This document shows positions 32,953-42,692 of a DNA stretch of 64,000 bases, one piece after another. The DNA comes from Nautiliaceae bacterium (GTDB lineage Bacteria > Campylobacterota > Campylobacteria > Campylobacterales > Nautiliaceae). The position numbers were made by a program, and so were the translations under genes. Each line of letters opens with the position of its first letter. Position 1 is the first letter of the stretch. The stretch spans positions 27,071 through 91,070 of the forward strand of contig JBDONT010000029.1 of the NCBI GenBank assembly GCA_039831155.1. Reading direction: 5' to 3'. The notes under the pieces were generated by a model, which ran no database searches, was not told the DNA's origin, and worked only from the letters and a program-made list of their open reading frames with translations.

Positions 32953-33986
32953 TATTTAGCCTCCGTTTCTATCCATTTTTCAGCAATTCTCACTGCATTT
33001 GTAGCAGCACCTACTCTAATTTGGTCTGCAACGTTAAAGAAATGTAAAACTTTCGGGTCATATAAATCTTTTCTGATTCTACCCACATACACATAATCGG
33101 TATCGGTTGCAATTATAGGCATAGGGTATTCGTTTTTTTCAGGATTATCTATAACTTTTACATCTTCAAAATTTGCAAGCACTTCTCTTGCCCTCTCAAC
33201 CGAAACCTCTTTTTCACAATAAATAGTAATAGCCTCACTATGGCTTCTAAGTACCGGTACCCTTACGCAAGTCGGTGCCACTTGAATGTTTGAGTGCATA
33301 ATTTTATTTGTTTCATTTACCATCTTCATCTCTTCTTTCGTAAATCCGTTATCCATAAATTTATCGATATGAGGAATTACGTTTAAAGCGATTTGATGTT
33401 GAAAAACTTCTCTCTCTTCCACTTTTTTATCAAGCTTAAAATTAAATAAAGCTCTCATCTGCTCAAAAAGTTCTTCCATTCCTTTTTTCCCGGCACCACT
33501 TACGGCTTGATAAGTAGCCACGTCAACTCTTTTGATTCCGAACTCTTTATGAAGAGGTGCTAAAGAAATAACCATCTGAATCGTAGAACAGTTCGGATTT
33601 GCAATAATTCCCTTTTTCTTCCACAAAGCTATATCCTCCGGGTTTACTTCCGGTACCACAAGAGGAACGTCAGGGTCCATCCTAAAATGACTCGTATTAT
33701 CAATTACAACCGCCCCGGCTTCTGCTGCACAAGGAGCAAACTTCGCACTCACACTCCCTCCGGCACTAAAAAACGCAATATCAATCTCTTCTTCCTTAAA
33801 TACATCACAGGTAAGTTCTTTTACTTTTAAAGTCTCACCTTTAAACTCAACTTCTCTTCCCACACTTCTTGCACTCGCAAGAGGAACCAATTTTTTAACG
33901 GGAAAATTTCTCTCTTCAAGTATTCTTAATAACTCTTCTCCAACCGCTCCGGTTGCTCCGGCAATCGCTACGTTATACATATTCAC
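32952..33986 (-). CDS. asd: Aspartate-semialdehyde dehydrogenase
   Basis: GATGAVG, ANPNCSTIQM, YQAVSGAG, CVRVPV. Confidence 0.97.
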   Translation of the reverse strand: MNMYNVAIAGATGAVGEELLRILEERNFPVKKLVPLASARSVGREVEFKGETLKVKELTCDVFKEEEIDIAFFSAGGSVSAKFAPCAAEAGAVVIDNTSHFRMDPDVPLVVPEVNPEDIALWKKKGIIANPNCSTIQMVISLAPLHKEFGIKRVDVATYQAVSGAGKKGMEELFEQMRALFNFKLDKKVEEREVFQHQIALNVIPHIDKFMDNGFTKEEMKMVNETNKIMHSNIQVAPTCVRVPVLRSHSEAITIYCEKEVSVERAREVLANFEDVKVIDNPEKNEYPMPIIATDTDYVYVGRIRKDLYDPKVLHFFNVADQIRVGAATNAVRIAEKWIETEAK

Positions 33987-33990
33987 TCCT

Positions 33991-35109
33991 TTATATAAAA
34001 ATCAAATCTTCTTTTTTTATTTCTCTATTTTCGCTTAAAATAGCAGCTCTTTCTATTACGTTTATAAGCTCCCTTATATTCCCCGGATAATCATACTCAA
34101 GCAACGCCTTTTTAGCTTCTTCACTCAAAACCTTCTCTTTTAGAGAGTATTCTTTTATAGTTTTTTTAAGTATATTTTCAGCAATTGGAATTATATCGTT
34201 TTTTCTCTCTCTTAAAGGTGGTATTTTAATAGGAATGGTATTTAAACGATAATACAAATCTTCTCTGAATTTATTATTTTTTATCATCTCTTCAACGTTT
34301 TGATTTGTCGCACTTATAATTCTCACATCAAGCTTTATAGGTTTGGTACCTCCTAAACGGTAAAACTCTCTCTCTTGTAAAACCCTTAGTAATTTTGCTT
34401 GAAGATTATAAGGCATTTCCCCTATTTCATCCAAAAACAGCGTCCCACCCTGGGCAAGTTCAAAAAGTCCGGTTTTATTGGAAGTCGCATCGGTAAAAGC
34501 ACCCTTTTCATACCCAAACAACTCACTCTCAATTAAATTTTCAGGAATAGCACCCATATTAATAGCTACAAATTTACCGTTTCTGCCACTATTTTCGTGA
34601 ATAAACTTGGCAAACTCCTCTTTTCCAACTCCACTCTCTCCCAAAAGCATCACGTTTGCCATTGTAGGAGCCACTTTTTTAGCCATTTCAAGGACTTTTT
34701 TTGTATTTTCGTCGTTTGCTATGAAAGCCGGTTTAAACTCTACTTTTTTTCCTTTTGTTTTTTCTTTGACTCTTCTTTTTCTCTCAATTGCAGCTATTAA
34801 ATCCTCTATTTCAAAAGGTTTTGTCAAGAAATCTTTAACTCCTAGTCTAAGTGCTTCTATCGCTTTATTTAAAGTGGCGTTTCCGGTAATTAAAATAACC
34901 TCATACTTCCCTTTTAACTCTTTTACAAACTCAATTCCGTCTATTTTCGGCATAGTAATATCGCTCACTATAACATCCACATCATCAGTTAACTTCTTTA
35001 ACGCATCAATAGCGTTTCTAAATTCGACAACCTCATAACCTTCGCTTTTAAGGGCAAGTGAGAGAGATTTTCTCATATTTATGTCATCTTCTACAATAGC
35101 AACTTTCAT
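33991..35109 (-). CDS. flgR: Sigma54-dependent flagellar response regulator (REC + AAA+, no HTH)
   Basis: VEDD/D/K receiver, GESGVGKE, ESELFG, GAFTDA; gyrA-flgPQ-flgR-asd synteny. Confidence 0.88.
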   Translation of the reverse strand: MKVAIVEDDINMRKSLSLALKSEGYEVVEFRNAIDALKKLTDDVDVIVSDITMPKIDGIEFVKELKGKYEVILITGNATLNKAIEALRLGVKDFLTKPFEIEDLIAAIERKRRVKEKTKGKKVEFKPAFIANDENTKKVLEMAKKVAPTMANVMLLGESGVGKEEFAKFIHENSGRNGKFVAINMGAIPENLIESELFGYEKGAFTDATSNKTGLFELAQGGTLFLDEIGEMPYNLQAKLLRVLQEREFYRLGGTKPIKLDVRIISATNQNVEEMIKNNKFREDLYYRLNTIPIKIPPLRERKNDIIPIAENILKKTIKEYSLKEKVLSEEAKKALLEYDYPGNIRELINVIERAAILSENREIKKEDLIFI

Positions 35110-35474
35110 TCATCACCTTTTAAATAGAAATAAGCAATTCCGTTTTTTATAATGATATCAAATCTTTGAGGTAAAAAAGTAAGAGTAGAGATATTACTAA
35201 GAGAAAAATTATCAACCTTATCCCTGGAATAAAGAATGACGTTTTTTAATAAAAAATCCATAATTTCATTTTTATGTTTATAGCAACATTTAATTACGGA
35301 AGAATCACAAGGCAAAGAGAAGAGAAACCTTCTTTTGGAATCGACCTTGCTAAGAGCTTTTGAGCAGTTGAATTTAAAATAACTAAGCTTATAATTACTA
35401 ACCCTATACTGAAAAGAGATAAAATAATCCCCCCACAGATTAATAGTTATTAACAACAGTAGGATAATTCTCAA
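35106..35474 (-). CDS. flgQ: Small exported protein, positional FlgQ homologue
   Basis: Signal peptide, DYFISF, NCSKAL; lies between flgP and flgR. Confidence 0.55.
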   Translation of the reverse strand: MRIILLLLITINLWGDYFISFQYRVSNYKLSYFKFNCSKALSKVDSKRRFLFSLPCDSSVIKCCYKHKNEIMDFLLKNVILYSRDKVDNFSLSNISTLTFLPQRFDIIIKNGIAYFYLKGDE

Positions 35475-35985
35475 TATATCTGTTCCACTCTTGAGGATTT
35501 AATTTAACAGACAACACAACGCTATAAACACCGTTTTTAAAATCTTCTTCTTCTATTTGTGCCCCTCTTATAAGACCGTAAACATAAGCACGAAGTTGAG
35601 AGTTTTGTAAAATCATATTTTTTACCGTATCCCTTCCGTTTACTTGAATTCCGTACATTTTTTCCGCCAAGGCTTTATACGCATCAACAATAGCCGCACG
35701 CCTTGCCATTACCATCGCTTGAGCAGTAGAACAGGTCCCATTACAAGGAGGAACTCCAACACCTTTGGCTTCAAGTCTTAAAATACATTCTCCGGTTGTT
35801 TTATTAGTTAAAATACAAGTGTTTTTTTTATTTACCGGTTTTAAAGTAGTAGCAGAATTAGAAATACTTTTTCCCGTTACCGAATTAGGAGTTGTACAAT
35901 TAACGGTTAAAGAAGCGGGTTGAGCGGATTTTGATACGCAACCCGTTAACAATAATCCTCCTGCCAATAAAAATAATTTTTTCAC
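35440..35985 (-). CDS. flgP: LPP20-family lipoprotein, FlgP paralogue (downstream copy)
   Basis: Lipobox LLTGC; ARRAAIVDAYKALAEKMYGIQVNGRDTVKNM. Confidence 0.85.
   Translation of the reverse strand: MKKLFLLAGGLLLTGCVSKSAQPASLTVNCTTPNSVTGKSISNSATTLKPVNKKNTCILTNKTTGECILRLEAKGVGVPPCNGTCSTAQAMVMARRAAIVDAYKALAEKMYGIQVNGRDTVKNMILQNSQLRAYVYGLIRGAQIEEEDFKNGVYSVVLSVKLNPQEWNRYIENYPTVVNNY
35581..35655. repeat. 75-bp exact direct repeat, copy 1
   Basis: AACATAAGCACG...GAATTCCGTA identical to 36169-36243. Confidence 0.9.
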
Positions 35986-36007
35986 TTCTTCTCCTTTTTA
36001 AAAGAAG

Positions 36008-36025
36008 AAGCAAAGAACGTTCCGA
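36008..36025 (-). promoter_or_regulatory. Sigma54 (-24/-12) promoter
   Basis: TCGGAACGTTCTTTGCTT: GG-N10-GC, directly upstream of the AAGGAG SD of the downstream flgP. Confidence 0.8.
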
Positions 36026-36027
36026 AA

Positions 36028-36585
36028 CTATTGTCTAGCTATATAATTCGGTCTGGTTTCTAATATTTCATTCCATTTATTTACATCAAGTTTTACGCTC
36101 ATACTTACCGTATAAATCCCGTTTTTAAAATCTTCTTCTTCTACTCTAGCACCTTTTACAACACCTTCAACATAAGCACGAAGTTGAGAGTTTTGTAAAA
36201 TCATATTTTTTACCGTATCCCTTCCGTTTACTTGAATTCCGTATATTTTTTCCGCCAACGCTTTATATGCATCAAGCACTGCAGCACGTCTTGCCATCGC
36301 TCTTGCTTGAGCTTCCGAACAAGTCCCATCACACGGAGGAACACCCACACCTTTTGCTTCTAGTAAAATAATACAAGATTTTTTAATCCCGTTTTCAATT
36401 ATACACTCTTGATTACCGTATTTTACGGTTTGTATAAGCGGTTTTTGAGGTTTAGGAACGACAATAGGTTTAATAACAGGTTTAGAAGTAACTGAGGACG
36501 TAGTGTTACAATCAACTAATTCTAATCTCTTACAACATCCGGTAAATAATAAAATACCACCTATCGCTAACGCAACTTTTCTCAT
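36028..36585 (-). CDS. flgP: LPP20-family lipoprotein, FlgP paralogue (upstream copy)
   Basis: Lipobox LFTGC; ARRAAVLDAYKALAEKIYGIQVNGRDTVKNM. Confidence 0.85.
   Translation of the reverse strand: MRKVALAIGGILLFTGCCKRLELVDCNTTSSVTSKPVIKPIVVPKPQKPLIQTVKYGNQECIIENGIKKSCIILLEAKGVGVPPCDGTCSEAQARAMARRAAVLDAYKALAEKIYGIQVNGRDTVKNMILQNSQLRAYVEGVVKGARVEEEDFKNGIYTVSMSVKLDVNKWNEILETRPNYIARQ
36169..36243. repeat. 75-bp exact direct repeat, copy 2
   Basis: Identical to 35581-35655. Confidence 0.9.
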
Positions 36586-36588
36586 CTA

Positions 36589-36633
36589 TTCTCCTTTTAC
36601 TTTATAATTACCTAATTATCGGCAAAAGGAGAA
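36589..36633 (-). promoter_or_regulatory. SD-sequestering hairpin
   Basis: TTCTCCTTTT...AAAAGGAGAA perfect 10-bp IR plus inner ATAATT/AATTAT stem. Confidence 0.7.
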
Positions 36634-36642
36634 AAAATTTAA
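36616..36642 (-). promoter_or_regulatory. Sigma28 (FliA)-type promoter
   Basis: TTAAA-N14-GCCGATAA in the gyrA-flgP intergenic region. Confidence 0.75.
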
Positions 36643-36649
36643 CAAAAAA

Positions 36650-39079
36650 TTAAATTAATTCCTCTTTTTGCGACGGAGTTTTAGCGATTGAAACTACTTT
36701 ATTATCGTTATCAAGTTTCACAACTCTTACACCTTGAGTGTTTTTACCGGTTTTAGAAATTGAATCAATTGAAACTCTTATCATTTTTCCACTGCTTGTT
36801 AAGACCATTAAATCGTGATTTTCTTCAGTAGCCACAACACCTACTAAATCTCCGGTTTTTGAAGTAAGTTTCATAGCAATTACACCCTTGCCTCCACGAT
36901 TTGTAAGCCTATAAAGATTAGCTTCGGTTCTTTTTCCAAACCCTTTTTCGCTAACAGTTAAAATCTCTTGATTTTCATCTTTTAAACTTAAAGCTCCTAC
37001 AACCTCATCGCCTTCGATTTTAAATTTAATTCCACTAACCCCTCTTGCACTTCTTCCCATCTCTCTTACGGTATCAACCGGAAATCTTATAGCCATACCC
37101 TTTTTAGTAACGATAAACAATTCTTTATCTTCCGGTTTTACGATTTTAGCAGTTACAAGTTCGTCATTTTCATCTATCGTAATTGCTCTAACTCCGGTAC
37201 TTCTTATGTTTTTAAATTCACTTAAATTCGTTCTTTTTACTATTCCGTTTTTTGTAAAGAATGCAAGAGATTTACTCTCATCAAAATCACTTGTTTTAAT
37301 AATAGTCTGAATTTTTTCGTCTTTATCGAGGTTTATTAAATTTACAATCGCCTTACCTTTACTTGTTCTACTGCCTTCAGGGATTTTATATACTTTTAAC
37401 CAATGCAGCTGACCTTTATCGGTAATAATCATTAAAGTATCGTGAGCTTTTGCCACATAAAAATCTTCAATAAAATCATCTTCATATGTAGTTAAAGCTT
37501 TTTTACCTTTACCACCTCTATTTTGTCTTTCGTAAGTTTTAAGAGGCACTCTTTTTACATAACCTCTATGGGTTATGGTCACTACCATCTCTTCATTTGG
37601 AATCAAATCTTCAATATCTATAGCTTCATAATCCTCTTCTATATTTGTAAGTCTAGGAGTCGGATATTTTTTCTTAATCTCAAGAAGTTCTTCTTTAATT
37701 ACACAGTTTAAGATATTTTCATCTTTTAAGATAGAGTTTAAATACTCTATTTTTTCCATAAGCTCGTTATACTCTTTTTCAAGCTTTTCAACTTCAAGAG
37801 AAGTTAACCTTGCAAGTCTCATATCAAGAATGGCTTGAGCTTGAATATCTGTTAATTTAAATCTGTTAAGAAGATTTTCTTTAGCTTCTTTTGTATCTGC
37901 AGATTTTTTTATAGTTTCTACAACTTCATCGATATTCGCAAGAGCGATTAAAAGACCTTTTAAAATATGAGCTCTTTTTTTAGCCTCTTCAAGTTCATAA
38001 ATAGTTCTTCTGATAACTACCGTTTTTCTGTGTTTGATAAAGATATCAAGAAGCTCGAAAAGATTAAACAGTTTTGGCTGTTTATCGTAAATCCCAAGCA
38101 TATTAATACCAAAACTTACCTGCATTTGAGTATGTTTATAAAGGTTATTTAAAATAATTTCACTCATTGCATCTTTTTTAAGTTCAATCACAACTCTTAT
38201 TCCCTCTCTGTCACTCTCATCCCTAACTTCACTAATTCCCTCAAGTACCTTATCTTTTACCAAGTCGCTAATTTTTTCAATTAGTTTTGCTTTATTCACC
38301 TGAAAAGGAAGTTCGTCTATTACTATTACTTCTTTATTGCCTTTATGTTCTATATGGTGTTTTGCTCTTATTTTTATACTTCCTTTTCCCGTTTTATAAG
38401 CTTCTATTATTCCGCTTTTACCGAAAATCGTACCACCCGTAGGAAAATCCGGACCTTTTACAAACTTTAAGATATCCTCAAGCGTTGCGTCTTTATTGTC
38501 AATCATATAAATTAAAGCGTCAATCAACTCTTCAAGATTATGAGGAGGTATGTTTGTAGCCATACCAACGGCAATCCCAGTGCTTCCGTTTACCAAAAGA
38601 TTCGGAAATCTTGCCGGAAGTACTACCGGTTCTCTTTCGGTTCCGTCATAGTTTGGTACAAAATCAACCGTATCTTTTTCTATATCCTTTAAAAGCTCTT
38701 CTGCAATTTTTGTAAGTCTGGCTTCCGTATACCTCATTGCAGCCGCATTATCACCGTCAATACTACCGAAGTTCCCTTGTCCGTCAATTAGAGGCATTCT
38801 CATTGAAAAATCTTGAGCCATTCTAACAAGAGCTTCATAAACGGCAGAATCCCCGTGAGGATGATATTTACCTATCACATCCCCGACAATTCTTGCAGAT
38901 TTTTTATAAGGGCTGTTTGCCGTAATTCCCATTTTATGCATAGCGTATAATATTCTTCTATGAACGGGCTTTAACCCGTCTCTCACATCCGGAAGAGCAC
39001 GCCCCACAATTACGCTCATAGAATATTCCAAATAACTCTTCGCAAGAGTCTCTTCAATGCTAACCGGTATAACTTGCAT
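36650..39079 (-). CDS. gyrA: DNA gyrase subunit A
   Basis: [30 protein letters not shown], GyrA box QNRGGKG. Confidence 0.98.
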   Translation of the reverse strand: MQVIPVSIEETLAKSYLEYSMSVIVGRALPDVRDGLKPVHRRILYAMHKMGITANSPYKKSARIVGDVIGKYHPHGDSAVYEALVRMAQDFSMRMPLIDGQGNFGSIDGDNAAAMRYTEARLTKIAEELLKDIEKDTVDFVPNYDGTEREPVVLPARFPNLLVNGSTGIAVGMATNIPPHNLEELIDALIYMIDNKDATLEDILKFVKGPDFPTGGTIFGKSGIIEAYKTGKGSIKIRAKHHIEHKGNKEVIVIDELPFQVNKAKLIEKISDLVKDKVLEGISEVRDESDREGIRVVIELKKDAMSEIILNNLYKHTQMQVSFGINMLGIYDKQPKLFNLFELLDIFIKHRKTVVIRRTIYELEEAKKRAHILKGLLIALANIDEVVETIKKSADTKEAKENLLNRFKLTDIQAQAILDMRLARLTSLEVEKLEKEYNELMEKIEYLNSILKDENILNCVIKEELLEIKKKYPTPRLTNIEEDYEAIDIEDLIPNEEMVVTITHRGYVKRVPLKTYERQNRGGKGKKALTTYEDDFIEDFYVAKAHDTLMIITDKGQLHWLKVYKIPEGSRTSKGKAIVNLINLDKDEKIQTIIKTSDFDESKSLAFFTKNGIVKRTNLSEFKNIRSTGVRAITIDENDELVTAKIVKPEDKELFIVTKKGMAIRFPVDTVREMGRSARGVSGIKFKIEGDEVVGALSLKDENQEILTVSEKGFGKRTEANLYRLTNRGGKGVIAMKLTSKTGDLVGVVATEENHDLMVLTSSGKMIRVSIDSISKTGKNTQGVRVVKLDNDNKVVSIAKTPSQKEELI

Positions 39080-39113
39080 TCAAATCCTTTTTTTTAAGTA
39101 GATTATACCAAAA

Positions 39114-39668
39114 TTATCCCTTTAAATTAGCCAATACAACGCTTAATACCACATTTACGCCGTATTTACTTAAAAGAGCCTTCGCTTCATTTAACGTAGT
39201 CTTTGTAGTTAAAACGTCATCAACCAAAATCACATCTATATTTTTAGGACCGGTATATTTAAAATTTCTGGGATTGTTTAATCTGAATTCCAAAGATTTA
39301 CCGGCATATGTTATATCGTTTGTAGCGTGAAGAGTAGAAAAAAGAGGAGTTAAAAAAGTGCTTTTCATAGAGTTTGCCAAAATAGCCGTATGAGAATAGC
39401 CTCTTTTTACCCTATCGTCAACCGGCAACACAAAAGCTTTATAAGTATAGTTTTTAGCAAAAACTTTAAAAGAATTTTCAGCCAAAACCTTAAAAACCCT
39501 GCTTCCAAATTTATGATACTTAAACTTTATCAAATGTTCTATATTCTCATAATCGTAAAAGCTCAAAACATCATCTTTTAAAATAGGAGTCGGTTTTAAA
39601 AACTCTTTTTGACATCTTTTACAAATTACATTAAAACTAAACTCCCCGCATATTATACAACTAAAAAT
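39114..39668 (-). CDS. comF: ComF-family protein (zinc ribbon + phosphoribosyltransferase); extended to a probable ATT start
   Basis: In-frame CIIC...CKRC upstream of the TTG at 39566; RGYSH, LVDDVLTT. Confidence 0.75.
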   Translation of the reverse strand: MFSCIICGEFSFNVICKRCQKEFLKPTPILKDDVLSFYDYENIEHLIKFKYHKFGSRVFKVLAENSFKVFAKNYTYKAFVLPVDDRVKRGYSHTAILANSMKSTFLTPLFSTLHATNDITYAGKSLEFRLNNPRNFKYTGPKNIDVILVDDVLTTKTTLNEAKALLSKYGVNVVLSVVLANLKG

Positions 39669-39873
39669 CTTTATCCTTCTTTCCGTATTTTAAAAGTAAA
39701 TACAAAGCAACCCCGGCACCTATAGAAAACAAAAACGCACCTAAATAAAACACCTTATCATTCCCAGCAGCCGTACCCCCCATAATCATACCTATAGCAA
39801 TAAACATAATAAAAGCGGCACTAACTCCGGCAAGTTCCGGTTTTGTTAATTTTCTGTCTTTATAATCCTGCAT
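39661..39873 (-). CDS. Small two-TM membrane protein
   Basis: AAGGAG SD, two hydrophobic helices. Confidence 0.75.
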   Translation of the reverse strand: MQDYKDRKLTKPELAGVSAAFIMFIAIGMIMGGTAAGNDKVFYLGAFLFSIGAGVALYLLLKYGKKDKDF

Positions 39874-40415
39874 TACTCTCCTTTGAAATGTTTTAAATAG
39901 TTATATTTTAAAATTTCTATCTCACTCTCACACTCAATAATGGAAATGGACTTCGTATCGTTATAAAAAATAGAATGCTGGTCAAACTTTAAAGCTATAT
40001 TTAAAGCCTCTTCTTTTTCGATATCATACACTATAAACGATTGTTCGGAATAATCAAAAAGTTCCCCTATACTTAAATAACTCTCATATCCAAACGCCTT
40101 AATTACACTTTCAAGTTCGGTGTTTCTTAAAAAATTCAAAAAGTCGTTATAAATCATTCCTTTTGGATTATGAGCCGTAATAATTGCAAATTTTCTTTTT
40201 AAAACTTCTCTATTTTTAGGCAAAAACTGAAAACTAATCCACTCCCTGCCGTTTAGAGAGTTTATCAAAAATTTAGTATACCTTAAATAGTCTTTATATT
40301 TTTTCTTAAAATCAAGTACAACTTCATTATCCACCATCAAAGCGTCTTCTGCCTCGTCATAAACACAATTTCCCAAATAATCTCCTATTCCGATTACTTC
40401 AAATCTCAACTTCAT
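39873..40415 (-). CDS. DUF3293 domain protein
   Basis: FAIITAHNP...EQSF...FDQHSIF. Confidence 0.75.
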   Translation of the reverse strand: MKLRFEVIGIGDYLGNCVYDEAEDALMVDNEVVLDFKKKYKDYLRYTKFLINSLNGREWISFQFLPKNREVLKRKFAIITAHNPKGMIYNDFLNFLRNTELESVIKAFGYESYLSIGELFDYSEQSFIVYDIEKEEALNIALKFDQHSIFYNDTKSISIIECESEIEILKYNYLKHFKGE

Positions 40416-40454
40416 CCTTTTATTTTGTTATAATTTAAGCAAAAAAGGTTTATA

Positions 40455-40898
40455 ATGAAAAAACTTCTTTTAATAATCTTCCTGCTATTTAGCGGCTGTA
40501 GCATCAAAAAAGCGCTAAAAAAAGACCCAATTTACGAAAAAACTCTAATCTACACCAAAAGAGGACAAATTATAAATTCTCTTGAAACAAAAGCCCTAAT
40601 AGACACTGTCTATTTAAATCCACTTTATAAAGAGATAAACTCATCAACCCCGACATTTTTAATAGGAGTATACAATGATTTTGACAACATCCTTCAAAAT
40701 GAAGAATTCAACTTAACATTAAACAACCAGCCTCCACTAAAAATTTCTCAAAAAATTCCTAAATTTATTTTATACAAAAATTTCCCGTTTTACAACACCT
40801 GGATGAGTTATTATATCGTAGAATTCAATACAACCAAAAAACCTCTAAAATTAAAATACCAAAGCAAACATTGGGGAAGCGTAAGTTTTACTTATTAA
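40455..40898 (+). CDS. Lipoprotein, hypothetical
   Basis: Lipobox FSGC, YLNP. Confidence 0.8.
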   Translation: MKKLLLIIFLLFSGCSIKKALKKDPIYEKTLIYTKRGQIINSLETKALIDTVYLNPLYKEINSSTPTFLIGVYNDFDNILQNEEFNLTLNNQPPLKISQKIPKFILYKNFPFYNTWMSYYIVEFNTTKKPLKLKYQSKHWGSVSFTY

Positions 40899-42369
40899 TA
40901 AGCTTATGCAAATTCTCTTCTCCCCCGAACATTTGATGATAAATAACATAATTAGCAATAACTTTCTTACCATACTCCCTGCTCTCGTCATAAGGCACAA
41001 GCTCCATACTCAAAAAAGGTTCAAACTCTCCTTTATAATGAAAATAAGGAATAACTTTTCTACTAACAAACCCTATACCTCCATTGTATGCATACGCCAC
41101 CATCAAAGGGTCTTTTAATTTTGAAAAAAGCCATTTAAGATGTTTTACTCCGAGTTTTATATTTTGAGTATAATCAAACTGCCTAAATACATCCCCTTTA
41201 TAGTGTTTTATTAAAAACGGCATTATTTGCATAGTACCCAAAGCATAACTTCTACTGACACTTGCCGGAATAAAACGCGACTCCTGCCTTGCAATAGCAT
41301 AAACAAACGCTTTAAAAGAAGCGTTTTTATCTTCATACATTTTCGGCGTAATAAAAAAATTCTGTTTATAATGAAACGCTTTATCAAGTACCAAAGCCTT
41401 TAAAGCCATAGATTTATTATTATCAAGCTGCTTTGCAAAAGAAAACAAATCTTTAGTTTTTTTAAATTCATCAAAAAACTTCAAAACATCCCAGGGATTC
41501 CTCTGGTCGTATTTAGGTTCTGAAGTGTTATAGATAATTTTTCTTCTTATAAAAAAGTCTTTGTTAGCCTCTTCGTGGGCATAAAGCGTATAAAAATCAA
41601 CTCTAGGATTCTTTACTAAGTTTTCAAATCCTTTTTTATCCCCTAATTGCCACTTCCAAAAATCTATTCTTGAAGATTTGGCTTTTATTGAATACAAAAC
41701 TCTCTTTGCCAAATCATATTTTTTTAAACTCATAGCATTTAAAAAAAGCCACCATTTAACTTTATCGTTAAAATCTTTAAAATCAAGCTTTAAAAGAGAG
41801 TTTTGAATTTTTACCAAACGGTTTACAACCGCACTTTTAACAAAAAGATGAAAATAACCATCTTCAAAAATAGAAAAATCTTTTATACTCTGGTCTATCT
41901 CTTTTTTCGGATAGTTTAAGATAAAATAATACCCCAAATCCCTATCTAAAAAAACAGAACTAAAATCGTTACTTAAAAATACATTAACAGCTTTTTTTTC
42001 TTTAGAATCCGGCAAATTATTATAAAGATAAACCAAATCTTTTAAAGGAAGTTTTGAAATACTCCTTAAAGAAAGTCCGTTATTTAAAATACAAGCAATA
42101 TCGACATCCCTTAAATAAGAAGGCTTAACATTTACACATCTGTAAATCTCACTAAAAAAAACGGACTTTTTAGCTAAAATCCTAAGATGTTTAAACGGCT
42201 TTTTCCTATACATAGAATTATAAGCTTTATAAGCTAAAATAGTAGAATTTGTTTCTCCCATAAATTGAGTTAAATAAAAATCCCTAACATAACTTTTAGG
42301 ATAAGTTAAAATTTCCGATAAATTAAGAGAAAAAAGAAAAAAAGGAAAAAAAAGAAGCAAAAATCTCAT
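40888..42369 (-). CDS. slt: Soluble lytic murein transglycosylase
   Basis: AIARQESRF, ALGTMQIMP, AYNGG, ESREYGKKV. Confidence 0.9.
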   Translation of the reverse strand: MRFLLLFFPFFLFSLNLSEILTYPKSYVRDFYLTQFMGETNSTILAYKAYNSMYRKKPFKHLRILAKKSVFFSEIYRCVNVKPSYLRDVDIACILNNGLSLRSISKLPLKDLVYLYNNLPDSKEKKAVNVFLSNDFSSVFLDRDLGYYFILNYPKKEIDQSIKDFSIFEDGYFHLFVKSAVVNRLVKIQNSLLKLDFKDFNDKVKWWLFLNAMSLKKYDLAKRVLYSIKAKSSRIDFWKWQLGDKKGFENLVKNPRVDFYTLYAHEEANKDFFIRRKIIYNTSEPKYDQRNPWDVLKFFDEFKKTKDLFSFAKQLDNNKSMALKALVLDKAFHYKQNFFITPKMYEDKNASFKAFVYAIARQESRFIPASVSRSYALGTMQIMPFLIKHYKGDVFRQFDYTQNIKLGVKHLKWLFSKLKDPLMVAYAYNGGIGFVSRKVIPYFHYKGEFEPFLSMELVPYDESREYGKKVIANYVIYHQMFGGEENLHKLINK

Positions 42370-42641
42370 AACGAAGCGATAATATTAGTAATTAAAATCT
42401 GTAAAAACTGCAAAGCCAAAATCAAAATAATAGGAGCTATATCAAACCCACCGAATGTAGTAGGAATATAGCGTCTTATATATCTATAAACCGGTTCGGT
42501 TACGTTCCATAAAAATCTCACTATCGGATTATAAGGATTCGGTTGCACCCACGTAATAAGTGCGGCAATAATTACAACCCAGATATAAAGGCCTACAATA
42601 AGATTAATAAACTGTAAAATACTTATGAGTAACGTATTCAT
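42366..42641 (-). CDS. YggT family membrane protein
   Basis: TWVQPNPYNPIV, TEP, DIAPI. Confidence 0.92.
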   Translation of the reverse strand: MNTLLISILQFINLIVGLYIWVVIIAALITWVQPNPYNPIVRFLWNVTEPVYRYIRRYIPTTFGGFDIAPIILILALQFLQILITNIIASL

Positions 42642-42692
42642 TTTCCCTCCATTTTTAAAATATTATACAAGCTCACAAACTCCTATAATTTA

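Noticed and set aside
33991-35109. Sigma54 activator lacking an HTH and having GAFTDA
   Set aside because: Already known for Helicobacter FlgR
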